Assembly: GCA_937903605.1 (NCBI GenBank)
Contig: CALCZC010000025.1
Span: 131,275 to 195,274, forward strand
Length of the DNA: 64,000 nucleotides
Reading direction: 5' to 3'
Source of the DNA: an uncultured bacterium
GTDB taxonomy: Bacteria > Patescibacteriota > Patescibacteriia > Magasanikbacterales > GWA2-37-8
Positions within the stretch are counted from its first letter, which is position 1, and every line of letters starts with the position of its first letter. Both the position numbers and the translations under genes were made by a program. The notes under the pieces were generated by a model. That model worked only from the letters and a program-made list of their open reading frames with translations, was not told where the DNA came from and searched no databases. Shown piece by piece: positions 9,892 to 19,607 of the stretch.

Positions 9892-11664
9892 ATGGAAGAA
9901 CAAGAAAAACAAGAAAAAATAGACTTTGGTTTGGTAAAACAAACCCTGAAGCTTTTTGCCGGCTTTTATAAAAAAAGATGGAAATTTTTGGTATTAATGC
10001 TTATTTTTACCATTATTAATCAGGTCTTGGACATCATTGTTCCAGTTTATTATAAAAAAATAGTTGATTTTTTAACTATTAACGCCTTTGAACTTGCTAT
10101 AAAAGTTTTATTGCTTGTTTTTGCTTTAAAATTAACATCATTTATTTTTCAACGCGCATATTTCTTTGTTGTTAGTTATTTTGAAACATACGGCGATAAA
10201 GATATCCAACAATTTTGTGTTACTCGCATGCTGGAACATTCGTTTTCTTTTTTCAATGATCAATTTATCGGTTCGTTGGTTCGAAAAATAAATAAATTTT
10301 CCGGAGCTTTTTTTACTCTCAATGATATAATATTTTTTGAGTTAGGCAATTTGTTTATCGGTACCGGCGGTATTTGTTTCGTATTATACGGACGTAATCC
10401 TGGGTTAGCTTACGGAGTTTTAATCTGGTTGTTGTTTTTTATCTTGCTTAACTTGTTGGTCTTGAAAGGTAAGATGAAAATAGATATAGAAAGTAATAAA
10501 GAAGGAAATAAAGCCACTGGATACGCGGCGGATGTTTTTGCCAATTATGCCAATGTTAAACTTTTTAATAAAACAGAAGAAGAAATTAAGAATTTGGAAA
10601 ATAAAAATGAAACCATTCGTTTGCTCAATTTGAAAAGTTGGCGTTATGGTATTTTATTTTTTGCTATCCAGGGTTTTTTGTTTATTATTTTGGAAATAGG
10701 TATTAATTATTTGGCTATCAAACTTTATCAAGATGGTGCTTTAACCATCGGTGATTTTGTGATGATCCAAGCTTATGTTGTAATGATCATGATGAATGTT
10801 TGGGGTTTGGGCAGATCTATCCAGCGACTTTATGAATCTATGGCAGATGCTACGGAGATGACCGCGATTATCGTCAAAGAAGCGGAAGTTGTTGATGTAA
10901 AAAATGCCAAAAACATAAAAGTAGACAAGGGAGAAATAATTTTTGATAAAATAAATTTTGGTTATAAAGAAAATGACAAGATATTTGAAAACTTTTCCTT
11001 AACAGTTGGAGATAATGAAAAGTTGGCTCTTGTCGGACCAAGTGGCTCGGGAAAATCGACAGTGATAAAACTTTTGTTGCGTATGTATAATCTAAACAAA
11101 GGTAAAATAACTATTGATAAACAAGATATTGCCAAAGTAACCAAAGAAAGTTTATGGGAAAATATCTCGTTTGTTCCTCAAGATCCGGTACTATTTCACC
11201 GCTCTCTTTTTGAAAATATTGCTTATGGTAAAAAAGATGCTACCAAAGAAGAAGTTTATGAGGCAGCCAAAAAAGCCTTTGCTCATGAATTTATCAGTAA
11301 GTTGAAAAATGGTTATGATACTGAGGTGGGTGAACGGGGTATAAAACTTAGCGGTGGAGAAAGACAACGCGTAGCTATTGCGCGAGCGATTTTAAAAAAT
11401 GCGCCAATTTTAATAATGGACGAGGCTACTTCTTCCCTTGATTCCGAATCGGAACAATTGATTCAAAAAGCTTTGGAAAATCTGATGAAAGAAAAAACAG
11501 TAATAATTGTCGCGCATCGTTTATCAACCATTGCTAAAATGGATAGAGTAATAGTAATGGAAAATGGTAAAATCATTGAAGAAGGTGATCATAATGATTT
11601 GGTAAAAAAAGGCGGTTTATACGCCAAGTTATGGCATATCCAAGCCGGAGGTTTTATAGTCTAA
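9892..11664 (+). CDS. ABC exporter, fused TMD-NBD (MsbA/Atm1-like)
   Basis: Multiple TM helices; GPSGSGKS, LSGGERQR, ILIMDEATS. Confidence 0.93.
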   Translation: MEEQEKQEKIDFGLVKQTLKLFAGFYKKRWKFLVLMLIFTIINQVLDIIVPVYYKKIVDFLTINAFELAIKVLLLVFALKLTSFIFQRAYFFVVSYFETYGDKDIQQFCVTRMLEHSFSFFNDQFIGSLVRKINKFSGAFFTLNDIIFFELGNLFIGTGGICFVLYGRNPGLAYGVLIWLLFFILLNLLVLKGKMKIDIESNKEGNKATGYAADVFANYANVKLFNKTEEEIKNLENKNETIRLLNLKSWRYGILFFAIQGFLFIILEIGINYLAIKLYQDGALTIGDFVMIQAYVVMIMMNVWGLGRSIQRLYESMADATEMTAIIVKEAEVVDVKNAKNIKVDKGEIIFDKINFGYKENDKIFENFSLTVGDNEKLALVGPSGSGKSTVIKLLLRMYNLNKGKITIDKQDIAKVTKESLWENISFVPQDPVLFHRSLFENIAYGKKDATKEEVYEAAKKAFAHEFISKLKNGYDTEVGERGIKLSGGERQRVAIARAILKNAPILIMDEATSSLDSESEQLIQKALENLMKEKTVIIVAHRLSTIAKMDRVIVMENGKIIEEGDHNDLVKKGGLYAKLWHIQAGGFIV

Positions 11665-11665
11665 T

Positions 11666-12244
11666 ATGAACAAAAAGAGCAAACAATTGTTTGAAGTAAC
11701 TTACGATGAAAATGAAAAAAGGCAACTTTTGGAGTGGGCTAGAGTTGCTATAGAAACTTATCTGCAAAACGGTTGGGCTATTCAACCTATTACAAACAAT
11801 CAGGTATTAAAGCAAAAAGTGGGAGTATTCGTTACTTTATGGGAAGATGAAAAATTGCGGGGCTGCATAGGTCTTCTGCAATCGGATAAACCATTGAATG
11901 AATCGGTAGTAAATATGGCTATTGAGGCTGCGACAAAAGATGAAAGATTTTCGCCCGTGTCATTAGAAGAAATGTCTAAAATTAAAATAGAAGTTTCAGT
12001 TTTGTCACCATTAAAAAAAATCAAGAGCATAACAGAAATAAAATTAGGAAAACACGGTGTTTTGATCTCTAGGGGAAATAAAAGTGGAGTTTTTTTACCG
12101 GAAGTAGCGGAAAAAGAAGATTGGGACTTGGGAACTTTTTTGGAAGCTTTGTGTGTAGAGAAGGCCGGATTGCCTTCTAACGCTTGGATGGATAAAGATA
12201 CGGATTTATACATTTTTACAACAGTTACTTTTCAAGAAGAATAA
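11666..12244 (+). CDS. AmmeMemoRadiSam protein A (AMMECR1 domain)
   Basis: GVFVTL..LRGCIG, DERF, EVSVLS, GVFLPEV, EKAGL. Confidence 0.92.
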   Translation: MNKKSKQLFEVTYDENEKRQLLEWARVAIETYLQNGWAIQPITNNQVLKQKVGVFVTLWEDEKLRGCIGLLQSDKPLNESVVNMAIEAATKDERFSPVSLEEMSKIKIEVSVLSPLKKIKSITEIKLGKHGVLISRGNKSGVFLPEVAEKEDWDLGTFLEALCVEKAGLPSNAWMDKDTDLYIFTTVTFQEE

Positions 12245-12320
12245 AAAAAGAGATCCCGGCAAAAACCGGGATCAGAGAGCGAAACGATCGAAGAATGAGA
12301 GGATTTACTCCCAAAGAATT

Positions 12321-12464
12321 TTAGAATTCGTCGTCGGGAAACGACGGGAATAATTCTTCCAATTCTCCGATAGAATGAACGAAGCTTTTTTCCATGGTCG
12401 GAACCAGTGTTTCTTCCTCTAAGATTGACTCGTCGTAACGGGGGTCTTCAAAATGATTGGGCAT
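12321..12464 (-). CDS. 47-aa acidic orphan microprotein
   Basis: GGAGGT SD, TTGACT-18-TATAAT promoter, hairpin at about 12250-12274; MPNHFEDPRYDESILEEETLVPTMEKSFVHSIGELEELFPSFPDDEF. Confidence 0.6.
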   Translation of the reverse strand: MPNHFEDPRYDESILEEETLVPTMEKSFVHSIGELEELFPSFPDDEF

Positions 12465-12556
12465 GGATACACCTCCACAAAAAGGACTCATAAAAGGAGA
12501 ACAATCTATTCTCCAACCGTAATATTATAATATATTTTTTATCAAAAAGTCAATAG

Positions 12557-13315
12557 TTGTGTATGAAATTTTGCCAGATAAATATTGATAATATAAACCT
12601 AAAAGAAGCTGAAAATAAGGTTTTGGATTTTTTAAATTCGATTGATTCTCATAAGATATTTACTCCAAACCCCGAATTTATTGTTGCAGCGCAAAAGGAC
12701 GACAAATTTAAAGAAAGTTTAAATAATTCAGATTTAAATATTTGCGACGGTTTTGGCCTAAGTTTATTTTCTGGTTGTCCACGAATACCCGGAGTAGATT
12801 TTATGTTAGAAATTTGTAAAATTGCAGCAGAAAAAAATATAGGTATTTATTTGCTCGGATCAGGTGATGATGTGGTTGTAAAACAAACTGTGGAAAAACT
12901 ACAAACGCAAATTCCAAAATTAAAAGTTTGTGGTTATAACAAAGGTTTAGAGATAGATTGCCGACTACAGAGTACGGACTGTATTTATAATAATATAGAA
13001 AATGAAGAAATAATTAAAAACATAAACGAATCTGGTGCAGGTGTTTTATTTGTTGCTTTCGGAATGAACAAACAAGAACGTTGGATTAATGAAAATTTGA
13101 TTAAAATGCCAAATATTAAGATTGCCATGGGAGTTGGCGGATCATTTGATTATATTTCCGGGACTATTCGTCGCGCCCCTTGTTTTTTGCGTAAAATTGG
13201 TTTAGAATGGCTGTATCGTCTTATCAAACAACCAAGTCGTATTCGAAGAATTTGGAATGCTACTGTAGTGTTTGTATATATTGTTATAAAAAATAAATTA
13301 TTTAAAAAAATATGA
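12557..13315 (+). CDS. WecG/TagA/CpsF family glycosyltransferase
   Basis: TPNPE, CDG, RIPGVD, KQE, GVGGSFD, GLEWLYRL; true start may be ATG at 12563. Confidence 0.92.
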   Translation: MCMKFCQINIDNINLKEAENKVLDFLNSIDSHKIFTPNPEFIVAAQKDDKFKESLNNSDLNICDGFGLSLFSGCPRIPGVDFMLEICKIAAEKNIGIYLLGSGDDVVVKQTVEKLQTQIPKLKVCGYNKGLEIDCRLQSTDCIYNNIENEEIIKNINESGAGVLFVAFGMNKQERWINENLIKMPNIKIAMGVGGSFDYISGTIRRAPCFLRKIGLEWLYRLIKQPSRIRRIWNATVVFVYIVIKNKLFKKI

Positions 13316-14793
13316 TAAAAACCAGATTTGCTCCGAGTCCAACCGGATATTTGCATGTAGGGAGTTTGCGAACAGCCTTGTATGCCTATTTGTTAGCAAA
13401 GAAAAATAACGGTAAGTTTTTGCTGCGTATTGAAGATACCGACAGAGAAAGATACGTGGCGGACGGCATACAAAATATATTAAAATCGCTTTATTGGGCG
13501 GGAATTATTCCTGATGAGGGGGTTTGCTTTAATAAAGACGGAAATATAACACAAAACGGCGATAATGGGCCGTATATCCAGTCGGAAAGATTACCTGTTT
13601 ATAAAAAGTATGTGGAAGAGCTTATCGAGAAAGGGCATGCTTATTATTGTTTTTGTACAAGCGAACGTCTTGAAGAATTGCGAAAATTTCAACAATTAAA
13701 CAAACTTCAAAGTGGTTATGATAGACACTGCAGGGACATATCGCCTACAGAAGCAAAAAAACGAATAGCTGCGGGAGAAAAATACGTTGTTAGGATGAAA
13801 ATGCCAATTGATGGTGAAACGATTTTTTTTGACGAGATTCGCGGAGAAATAAGAATCAAAAATGAATTAGTGGATGACCAAGTAATTTTAAAGTCTGATG
13901 GCTATCCAACTTATCATTTGGCTGTAGTTGTAGATGACCACACAATGGGAATAAATCTTATGACTCGTGCCGATGAATGGATAAGCAGTACTCCAAAATT
14001 AATACATCTTTATAAAATGTTTGATTGGGAATTGCCAAAGATGGCACATCTTACTTTGTTGTTAAATACCGATCGATCAAAACTTAGTAAACGCCAAGGT
14101 GATGTCTCGGTAGAAGATTATCGTAAAAAAGGTTATTTACCAGAAGCCATGATTAATTTTGTCGCTTTTTTGGGCTGGAATCCGGGAGATGAACGTGAGT
14201 TTTTTACCTTGGAAGAATTAACCAAAGAGTTTTCTCTGGAGAAAATAGGAAAATCAGGCGCTGTATTTAATTTGGAAAAATTGGATTGGTATAACGCCCA
14301 TTATATCAGAGAGTTGCAAGGAGAGGATCTATTAAAAAGAGCTATGCCTTTTATATTACAATCCGGTCTAATGTCTGAAACTGAGATAAATAATAGAAAA
14401 GACTGGTTGTTAGAAGCTTTGAATTTGGGTAAGGAAAGAGCCAGTACATTGGTTGAACTAGTGGAGAATATGGTTTTTTTACTTAAAACTCCGAATTATC
14501 AAAAAGAGCTTTTAATTTGGAAAAAGGGTAGTTTGGAAGAAGTAAAGACAATATTACCAGAGTTAAAAGAACTTTTGAACAATTTTGGTGTTCAAGATTT
14601 TAAAGCTATTAAATTACAAGAAAAAGTAGGGGAGTGGGTAACACAAAAAGGATATAGTAATGGTAGTGTTTTATGGCCTTGGCGAGTGGCATTATCCGGA
14701 ATGGAAAAATCACCTCCACCCTTTGAAATAGCTCAAGTACTGGGTAAAGAAGAAACTATAAAAAGAATTGAGGAAGCTTTAAATAAAATTTAA
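13312..14793 (+). CDS. gltX: Glutamate-tRNA ligase
   Basis: TRFAPSPTGYLHVG, LRIEDTD, KLSKR. Confidence 0.97.
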   Translation: MIKTRFAPSPTGYLHVGSLRTALYAYLLAKKNNGKFLLRIEDTDRERYVADGIQNILKSLYWAGIIPDEGVCFNKDGNITQNGDNGPYIQSERLPVYKKYVEELIEKGHAYYCFCTSERLEELRKFQQLNKLQSGYDRHCRDISPTEAKKRIAAGEKYVVRMKMPIDGETIFFDEIRGEIRIKNELVDDQVILKSDGYPTYHLAVVVDDHTMGINLMTRADEWISSTPKLIHLYKMFDWELPKMAHLTLLLNTDRSKLSKRQGDVSVEDYRKKGYLPEAMINFVAFLGWNPGDEREFFTLEELTKEFSLEKIGKSGAVFNLEKLDWYNAHYIRELQGEDLLKRAMPFILQSGLMSETEINNRKDWLLEALNLGKERASTLVELVENMVFLLKTPNYQKELLIWKKGSLEEVKTILPELKELLNNFGVQDFKAIKLQEKVGEWVTQKGYSNGSVLWPWRVALSGMEKSPPPFEIAQVLGKEETIKRIEEALNKI

Positions 14794-14798
14794 AAACA

Positions 14799-14833
14799 AA
14801 AATACTCGACTTTAAAAAGCCGGGTATTTTTTT
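14799..14833 (+). terminator. Intrinsic terminator after gltX
   Basis: AAAATACTCG...CGGGTATTTT followed by T run. Confidence 0.65.
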
Positions 14834-14869
14834 CTTGGCAATAAATTTGAAAAATGTTATAATATTAGC

Positions 14870-16108
14870 ATGAATAAAAATTTGAAAATATTTTTTACTT
14901 CCTTCTTAGCGACATTTATTTTGGCGCCTTTGTTTGTGTTTGCTCAAACAGTTAATATTGCCAGTAACGCCGAGGAAATAACCGAGCTCAACAAAGAAAT
15001 TTCCGCTCGTAAAGATAAAATTAAACAACTGGAAGAAACCATCAGCGTTTATAAAAAAAATATATCACAGAAACAAACTGAAGCTGTTTCTTTGAACAAT
15101 CAGCTAAGTATTTTGGAAAATAAAATCAAACAAGCCGAAGCGGAAATCAAGATGGCACAGTATAAAATAGACGAAACTAAGCTTGAAATTGAAGCTTTAC
15201 AGTTGAGTATTGAAGATAAACAAAAAGTGATTTCCAGGCAAAAGAAGATTATCTCTGAAATTATTCGAAATATTCATGCCAATGATCAAAAAAATTATAT
15301 TGAAATACTCTTAACCAACGACACGTTCGCCGATTTTTATGATCAAGTCCAGTATTTAGAGAGTGTTTATGTAGATTTGGGTCGTTCGGTCAAAAGTGTT
15401 CGTTTGGCGGCCGAAGATCTAAGTAATAAAAAAGATCAGGTTGAGGCTAAGAAAAAGATATATGAAGAACAAAAAGCTGAACTGGAAAACAAAAAATTGG
15501 ATCTCAAGGAGCAAACCGCAGGAAAACAAGATCTTTTGATAGAAACCAGAGCCTCTGAAATGAAGTATCAAACTTTACTTTCAAGTTTGAAACGTCAGTA
15601 TCAGTTGATAGAAGGTGAGGTAAGATCTTATGAAGAACAAGTGCGTAAAAAACTGGAAGAACAAGAGAGGTTCAAAAATCTTGGTGCTGGCACAGGGGAT
15701 TTGAGTTGGCCGGTATCATCTCGCTATATTACCGCCGAATTTTATGACAACAGTTATCCTTACAGAAATATTTTTGAACATACGGCTATAGACATTCGCG
15801 CTTCGCAAGGTACGGCCGTGCGTGCGGCTGCCGCCGGTTATGTCGGTCGCGCAAAACGTTGCACACTTTCTTCTTGTTATAGCTATGTTTTACTTATACA
15901 TACAGGTAATATTTCTACAGTTTATGGGCATTTGAGTTCAATAGCGGTCAAAGAAGACGATTTTGTGAATCGTGGCGATGTTATAGGATATTCCGGAGGA
16001 ACTCCTGGGACTATTGGTGCCGGACCTTTCACTACCGGTCCCCATCTACATTTTGAAGTGCGTAAAAATGGTATTCCAGCCAATCCGGTAAACTATCTAT
16101 CAAACTAG
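14870..16108 (+). CDS. Coiled-coil M23 peptidase (murein hydrolase, EnvC/MepM-like)
   Basis: Signal peptide, long coiled coil, HTAID and HLH zinc motifs. Confidence 0.9.
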   Translation: MNKNLKIFFTSFLATFILAPLFVFAQTVNIASNAEEITELNKEISARKDKIKQLEETISVYKKNISQKQTEAVSLNNQLSILENKIKQAEAEIKMAQYKIDETKLEIEALQLSIEDKQKVISRQKKIISEIIRNIHANDQKNYIEILLTNDTFADFYDQVQYLESVYVDLGRSVKSVRLAAEDLSNKKDQVEAKKKIYEEQKAELENKKLDLKEQTAGKQDLLIETRASEMKYQTLLSSLKRQYQLIEGEVRSYEEQVRKKLEEQERFKNLGAGTGDLSWPVSSRYITAEFYDNSYPYRNIFEHTAIDIRASQGTAVRAAAAGYVGRAKRCTLSSCYSYVLLIHTGNISTVYGHLSSIAVKEDDFVNRGDVIGYSGGTPGTIGAGPFTTGPHLHFEVRKNGIPANPVNYLSN

Positions 16109-16196
16109 TATCAATTTAAAACTCAAATAAAAAAACCTGATTTAAACGATCAGATTTTTTTATAGTCTGTAGTCCGTAGACTAAAGTCCAATACAA

Positions 16197-17168
16197 CTAT
16201 TTCTTCGCTCCGCTATGGAAGTTTTTATAAACGTTTTTCAGTCCGGTATTAGTGATATGGGTATAAACTTGGGTGGTGGCAACACTACTATGTCCGAGCA
16301 TTTCTTGAACTGAGCGTAGATCAGCCCCATGAGAAAGTAAATCTGTGGCAAAACTATGACGCAGAGTGTGTGGAGTGACTTCTACCGGCAATCCGGCCAT
16401 CATAGTATATTTGCGCACCAAGTTTTCCACTGATCTGGCGGATAATCTATGTTCATCATCTTTATCTCCACCACGGAAGTAGTTAATAAATAGGGGAGGG
16501 GTCATTTCCGGACGTACTTTTAAGTACTTAGATAACCACTCCAGAGTTCTTTTGGAGAAATAAACCGGACGCATTTTACCTCCTTTACCAATAATATTTA
16601 GTTCGACATAATCAGGAATTCTATCTGCGAGCAAATCGTTAACATTAAACTGTTTTAGGTTAAGCGAAGTAAGTTCAGAGACCCGCATACCGGTAGAGAA
16701 GAGTACTTCTAAGATGGTCCGATCGCGTAAACCATCTGGCGTAGAAGTATCGGGCATGGCTAAGAGTTTTTCTATTTGTTCAAAAGTCAAGAATTTAATT
16801 TGTTTGTCTTTGTCAGTCAATTTTGGTAATTTAATTTTTTCTGATGGCAAGGTCACGATATCTTTTTCAGACAGATATTTCAGGAAATTACGCAGGGCTC
16901 TTAGGTAATAGCTCTGCGAGGTCTTTTTGAGATAGGCACCCTTATAGTCCTGTTTACGGGATAAAAACAACCTATAATTCCAAATATGTTCTGATGTCAA
17001 TTCATGAGGCAAAAGATCGCTTAATTTCGACTTATCAAGCCAATCAATAAAGAGTTTAAGGAAGTTGTGGTAATTCTTGGAAGAGACCGGGGAAAGGCCT
17101 TTTTCCACTTCACAGTATTCCAAAAACATAGGAATATGCTTTATTAAAGGTTTATTTGATTTTTGCAT
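16197..17168 (-). CDS. Xer-type tyrosine recombinase
   Basis: SAM-like N-domain; TGMRVSEL, GKGGK, HTLRHSFAT, LGH, TQVY. Confidence 0.93.
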   Translation of the reverse strand: MQKSNKPLIKHIPMFLEYCEVEKGLSPVSSKNYHNFLKLFIDWLDKSKLSDLLPHELTSEHIWNYRLFLSRKQDYKGAYLKKTSQSYYLRALRNFLKYLSEKDIVTLPSEKIKLPKLTDKDKQIKFLTFEQIEKLLAMPDTSTPDGLRDRTILEVLFSTGMRVSELTSLNLKQFNVNDLLADRIPDYVELNIIGKGGKMRPVYFSKRTLEWLSKYLKVRPEMTPPLFINYFRGGDKDDEHRLSARSVENLVRKYTMMAGLPVEVTPHTLRHSFATDLLSHGADLRSVQEMLGHSSVATTQVYTHITNTGLKNVYKNFHSGAKK

Positions 17169-17177
17169 ATATTATAT

Positions 17178-17205
17178 AGTTCGGTTATCCTCTGTTATAC
17201 GAAGT
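17178..17205. promoter_or_regulatory. Candidate dif-like recombination site
   Basis: AGTTCGGTTAT-CCTCTG-TTATACGAAGT, an 11-6-11 imperfect inverted repeat about 10 bp upstream of the recombinase ATG. Confidence 0.65.
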
Positions 17206-17270
17206 TAGATATATTATCTCATTATGTAATAAATAAGGCAACTATTCTTAATTACCCTACTATTTCACTA

Positions 17271-18335
17271 TTATTTCCAAAATACCCTATCACCAAAACG
17301 AACATCAATGTATTCAAGAGGTGTCACCTTTTCTTTGTCGTTTAAAATAGCTTTTATTTTTTGAAGTTGTTGAATAATGTCTTCTGGGGATATCTTCAAA
17401 TACCACCTTGTGCCTTCTAGATAAGCTTCGAGACTGCTTTGTTGATTATCTTGTCCAATAAAGTACTTTACCGTGCCTATCCCCTCTTTTTTGAGATTTT
17501 CTTGCCAAGATATGATATTTTCCAAAAAACTAACGGGTAAAATATTTTTTTGGTTCAAATATAATTTTTCCGATTTTTTTATACAAAAAAGAGGCAGATC
17601 GTTATATTCAACATCTATTTCTTTGCGACTAGGCTTAAAAACCTCTTCTTCAACTGTAGATGTCACTACAAATACCGTGGTCGTAGTTATTGTTTCGGTT
17701 GAAGAGACAGTGGCAGATAACGTTTCTGGTAAAATTTCTTTTTCCCAAATTACCTTGATAACTCCCCCGTCATGATTGAGTAAATAATAACCGTCTAAAG
17801 TGCAGTAAATTATGCTTTGATTTTTTTCAACTATTTCAATCTGCATCTTATCGGGAAAAATTTTTGTAATTTTAACGTCGCTTAGATCAAATTTTTCTTT
17901 AATACCTAAAATTATTTTTTCCGGTTTAGTTACAAAATAATTATTTTTGTGCCAGTATTTTCCGGATTTAAGATAATTTTCAAAAACAAAATTTTGAATT
18001 TCTTCCTTGTTTAATGTTTTTATTCCAGAATAAGAAACATTATCGATATCAAAATATGGCAAATAAAAAATAAGCCAAAACCAAGCTAAAAAGAAAGATA
18101 AAATAAAAAATATAGAAAAAAATCTACGATAGTTCAATTTCTTTTTTTCTTGCTTACGGAAAGGATTGGAGCCGGTAGAAAAACCCAAAGGATCTGGTGG
18201 TGCAGAAACTTCAAAAACTTTTAACGACCGAGATCTTTTTGGTTTTTCGGCAAAAGAAAAAAAAGGCCGGCGTTTTTTTTCGTCGTATTTATATTTTTGG
18301 AAATCAAGATAAGGTTTTTTACCTCCCAAAGACAT
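17271..18335 (-). CDS. FtsQ/DivIB-like POTRA membrane protein
   Basis: Basic N-terminus, single TM, KIFPDKMQIEIVEK, C-terminal YIDVRFGDRVFWK. Confidence 0.75.
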   Translation of the reverse strand: MSLGGKKPYLDFQKYKYDEKKRRPFFSFAEKPKRSRSLKVFEVSAPPDPLGFSTGSNPFRKQEKKKLNYRRFFSIFFILSFFLAWFWLIFYLPYFDIDNVSYSGIKTLNKEEIQNFVFENYLKSGKYWHKNNYFVTKPEKIILGIKEKFDLSDVKITKIFPDKMQIEIVEKNQSIIYCTLDGYYLLNHDGGVIKVIWEKEILPETLSATVSSTETITTTTVFVVTSTVEEEVFKPSRKEIDVEYNDLPLFCIKKSEKLYLNQKNILPVSFLENIISWQENLKKEGIGTVKYFIGQDNQQSSLEAYLEGTRWYLKISPEDIIQQLQKIKAILNDKEKVTPLEYIDVRFGDRVFWK

Positions 18336-18340
18336 AATTT

Positions 18341-19597
18341 CTAAAGCTTTTTAAAACCACAATATTTTTGCAAAATTTTTGGCACTGAAATAGTACCGTC
18401 TTTTTGCTGATGATTTTCTACTATGATTATTGGAAAACGACTTAGTACTGCGGCGGTGCCGTTTAAAGTATGTACAAAGGCGGTAGACCCGTCTTCTTTT
18501 TTATATTTAATATTCAAACGTCTAGCTTGATAATCAGTACAATTACTGCAAGAAGTTATTTCTCCGTAATCACCTTGTTTTTTATCATCACCTTTCATAA
18601 TCATATACCCTTCGATATCAAATTTACGATAAGCCGGACCACCTAGGTCGGCACTGGCAATATCTATTACTTGATAAGGAATTTCCAACCCATCCAAAAT
18701 TTCTTTTTCTATTTCCAAAATTTCCGCATGATATTTTTCACTATCTTCCGGTTTGCAAAACACAAACATTTCCAATTTGGTAAATTGATGTACTCGATAA
18801 AGACCTTTGCTGGTTTTACCATAAGCTCCGGCTTCGGTACGAAAACAATGAGATAAAGCGATGTATTTTTTTGGTCCGTCGTTCAAGTCCAGTACTTCAT
18901 TGGTATGATATCCCCCGACGGTTATTTCCGCAGTTCCCACCAAACTCAAATCTGTATCCTTGATAGAATAAATTTGTGTTTCTTCATCGCTTCTAGGATT
19001 AAAACCAATTCCGTTTATTATTTCATTTTTGACAATATCCGGAGTTTCCATCAAAGTATAACCGTATTTAACGGCAACATCCATACTGTAATTTAAAAGC
19101 GCTTGATTTAAACGAACCAAATTGTTTTTATAAAAATAGAATTTCGTACCGGTAGTTTTGGTGGCTCGTTCAAAATCAACTAAATCGTTTTTTAACAACA
19201 ATTCTTCATGATCGAGAGGTTTAAAAGAAAATTCTTTTGGTTCAAAATTTTTATAAACTACTTTAAAATCAGATTCTTCACCTATAGGAGATTCTGGATG
19301 GGTCAAATTGGGAATTTTCATCATTTCGTCAATATATTTCGTTTCTACTTCACTCAATTCTTTTTCAATTTTGGCGATATTATCCCCTACTTCGCGCATT
19401 TTTTTAATTTCTTCGTCAGTTGGTTTACCTTTGGATTTTGCGTTACGTAAACTTCGTAATTCTTCTGCTTGTTTTAAGAGGTTTTTTCTTTCTTCATCTA
19501 GCGACAAAACCAAATCAATATCGACTTTAGCACGACGGTCAATGCAATTTTTTTTGACCAATTCTTTATTTTCACGAATAAATTTAATATCTAACAT
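18341..19597 (-). CDS. serS: Serine-tRNA ligase
   Basis: MLDIKFIREN, GTAE, FRTEAG, RVHQF, SNCTDYQARR, HTLNGT. Confidence 0.97.
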   Translation of the reverse strand: MLDIKFIRENKELVKKNCIDRRAKVDIDLVLSLDEERKNLLKQAEELRSLRNAKSKGKPTDEEIKKMREVGDNIAKIEKELSEVETKYIDEMMKIPNLTHPESPIGEESDFKVVYKNFEPKEFSFKPLDHEELLLKNDLVDFERATKTTGTKFYFYKNNLVRLNQALLNYSMDVAVKYGYTLMETPDIVKNEIINGIGFNPRSDEETQIYSIKDTDLSLVGTAEITVGGYHTNEVLDLNDGPKKYIALSHCFRTEAGAYGKTSKGLYRVHQFTKLEMFVFCKPEDSEKYHAEILEIEKEILDGLEIPYQVIDIASADLGGPAYRKFDIEGYMIMKGDDKKQGDYGEITSCSNCTDYQARRLNIKYKKEDGSTAFVHTLNGTAAVLSRFPIIIVENHQQKDGTISVPKILQKYCGFKKL

Positions 19598-19607
19598 AAA
19601 TTTAAAA

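Noticed and set aside
16197-17168. Prophage integrase or integron integrase
   Set aside because: Flanked by core genes; no IntI-specific insertion, attC array, tRNA target or phage genes
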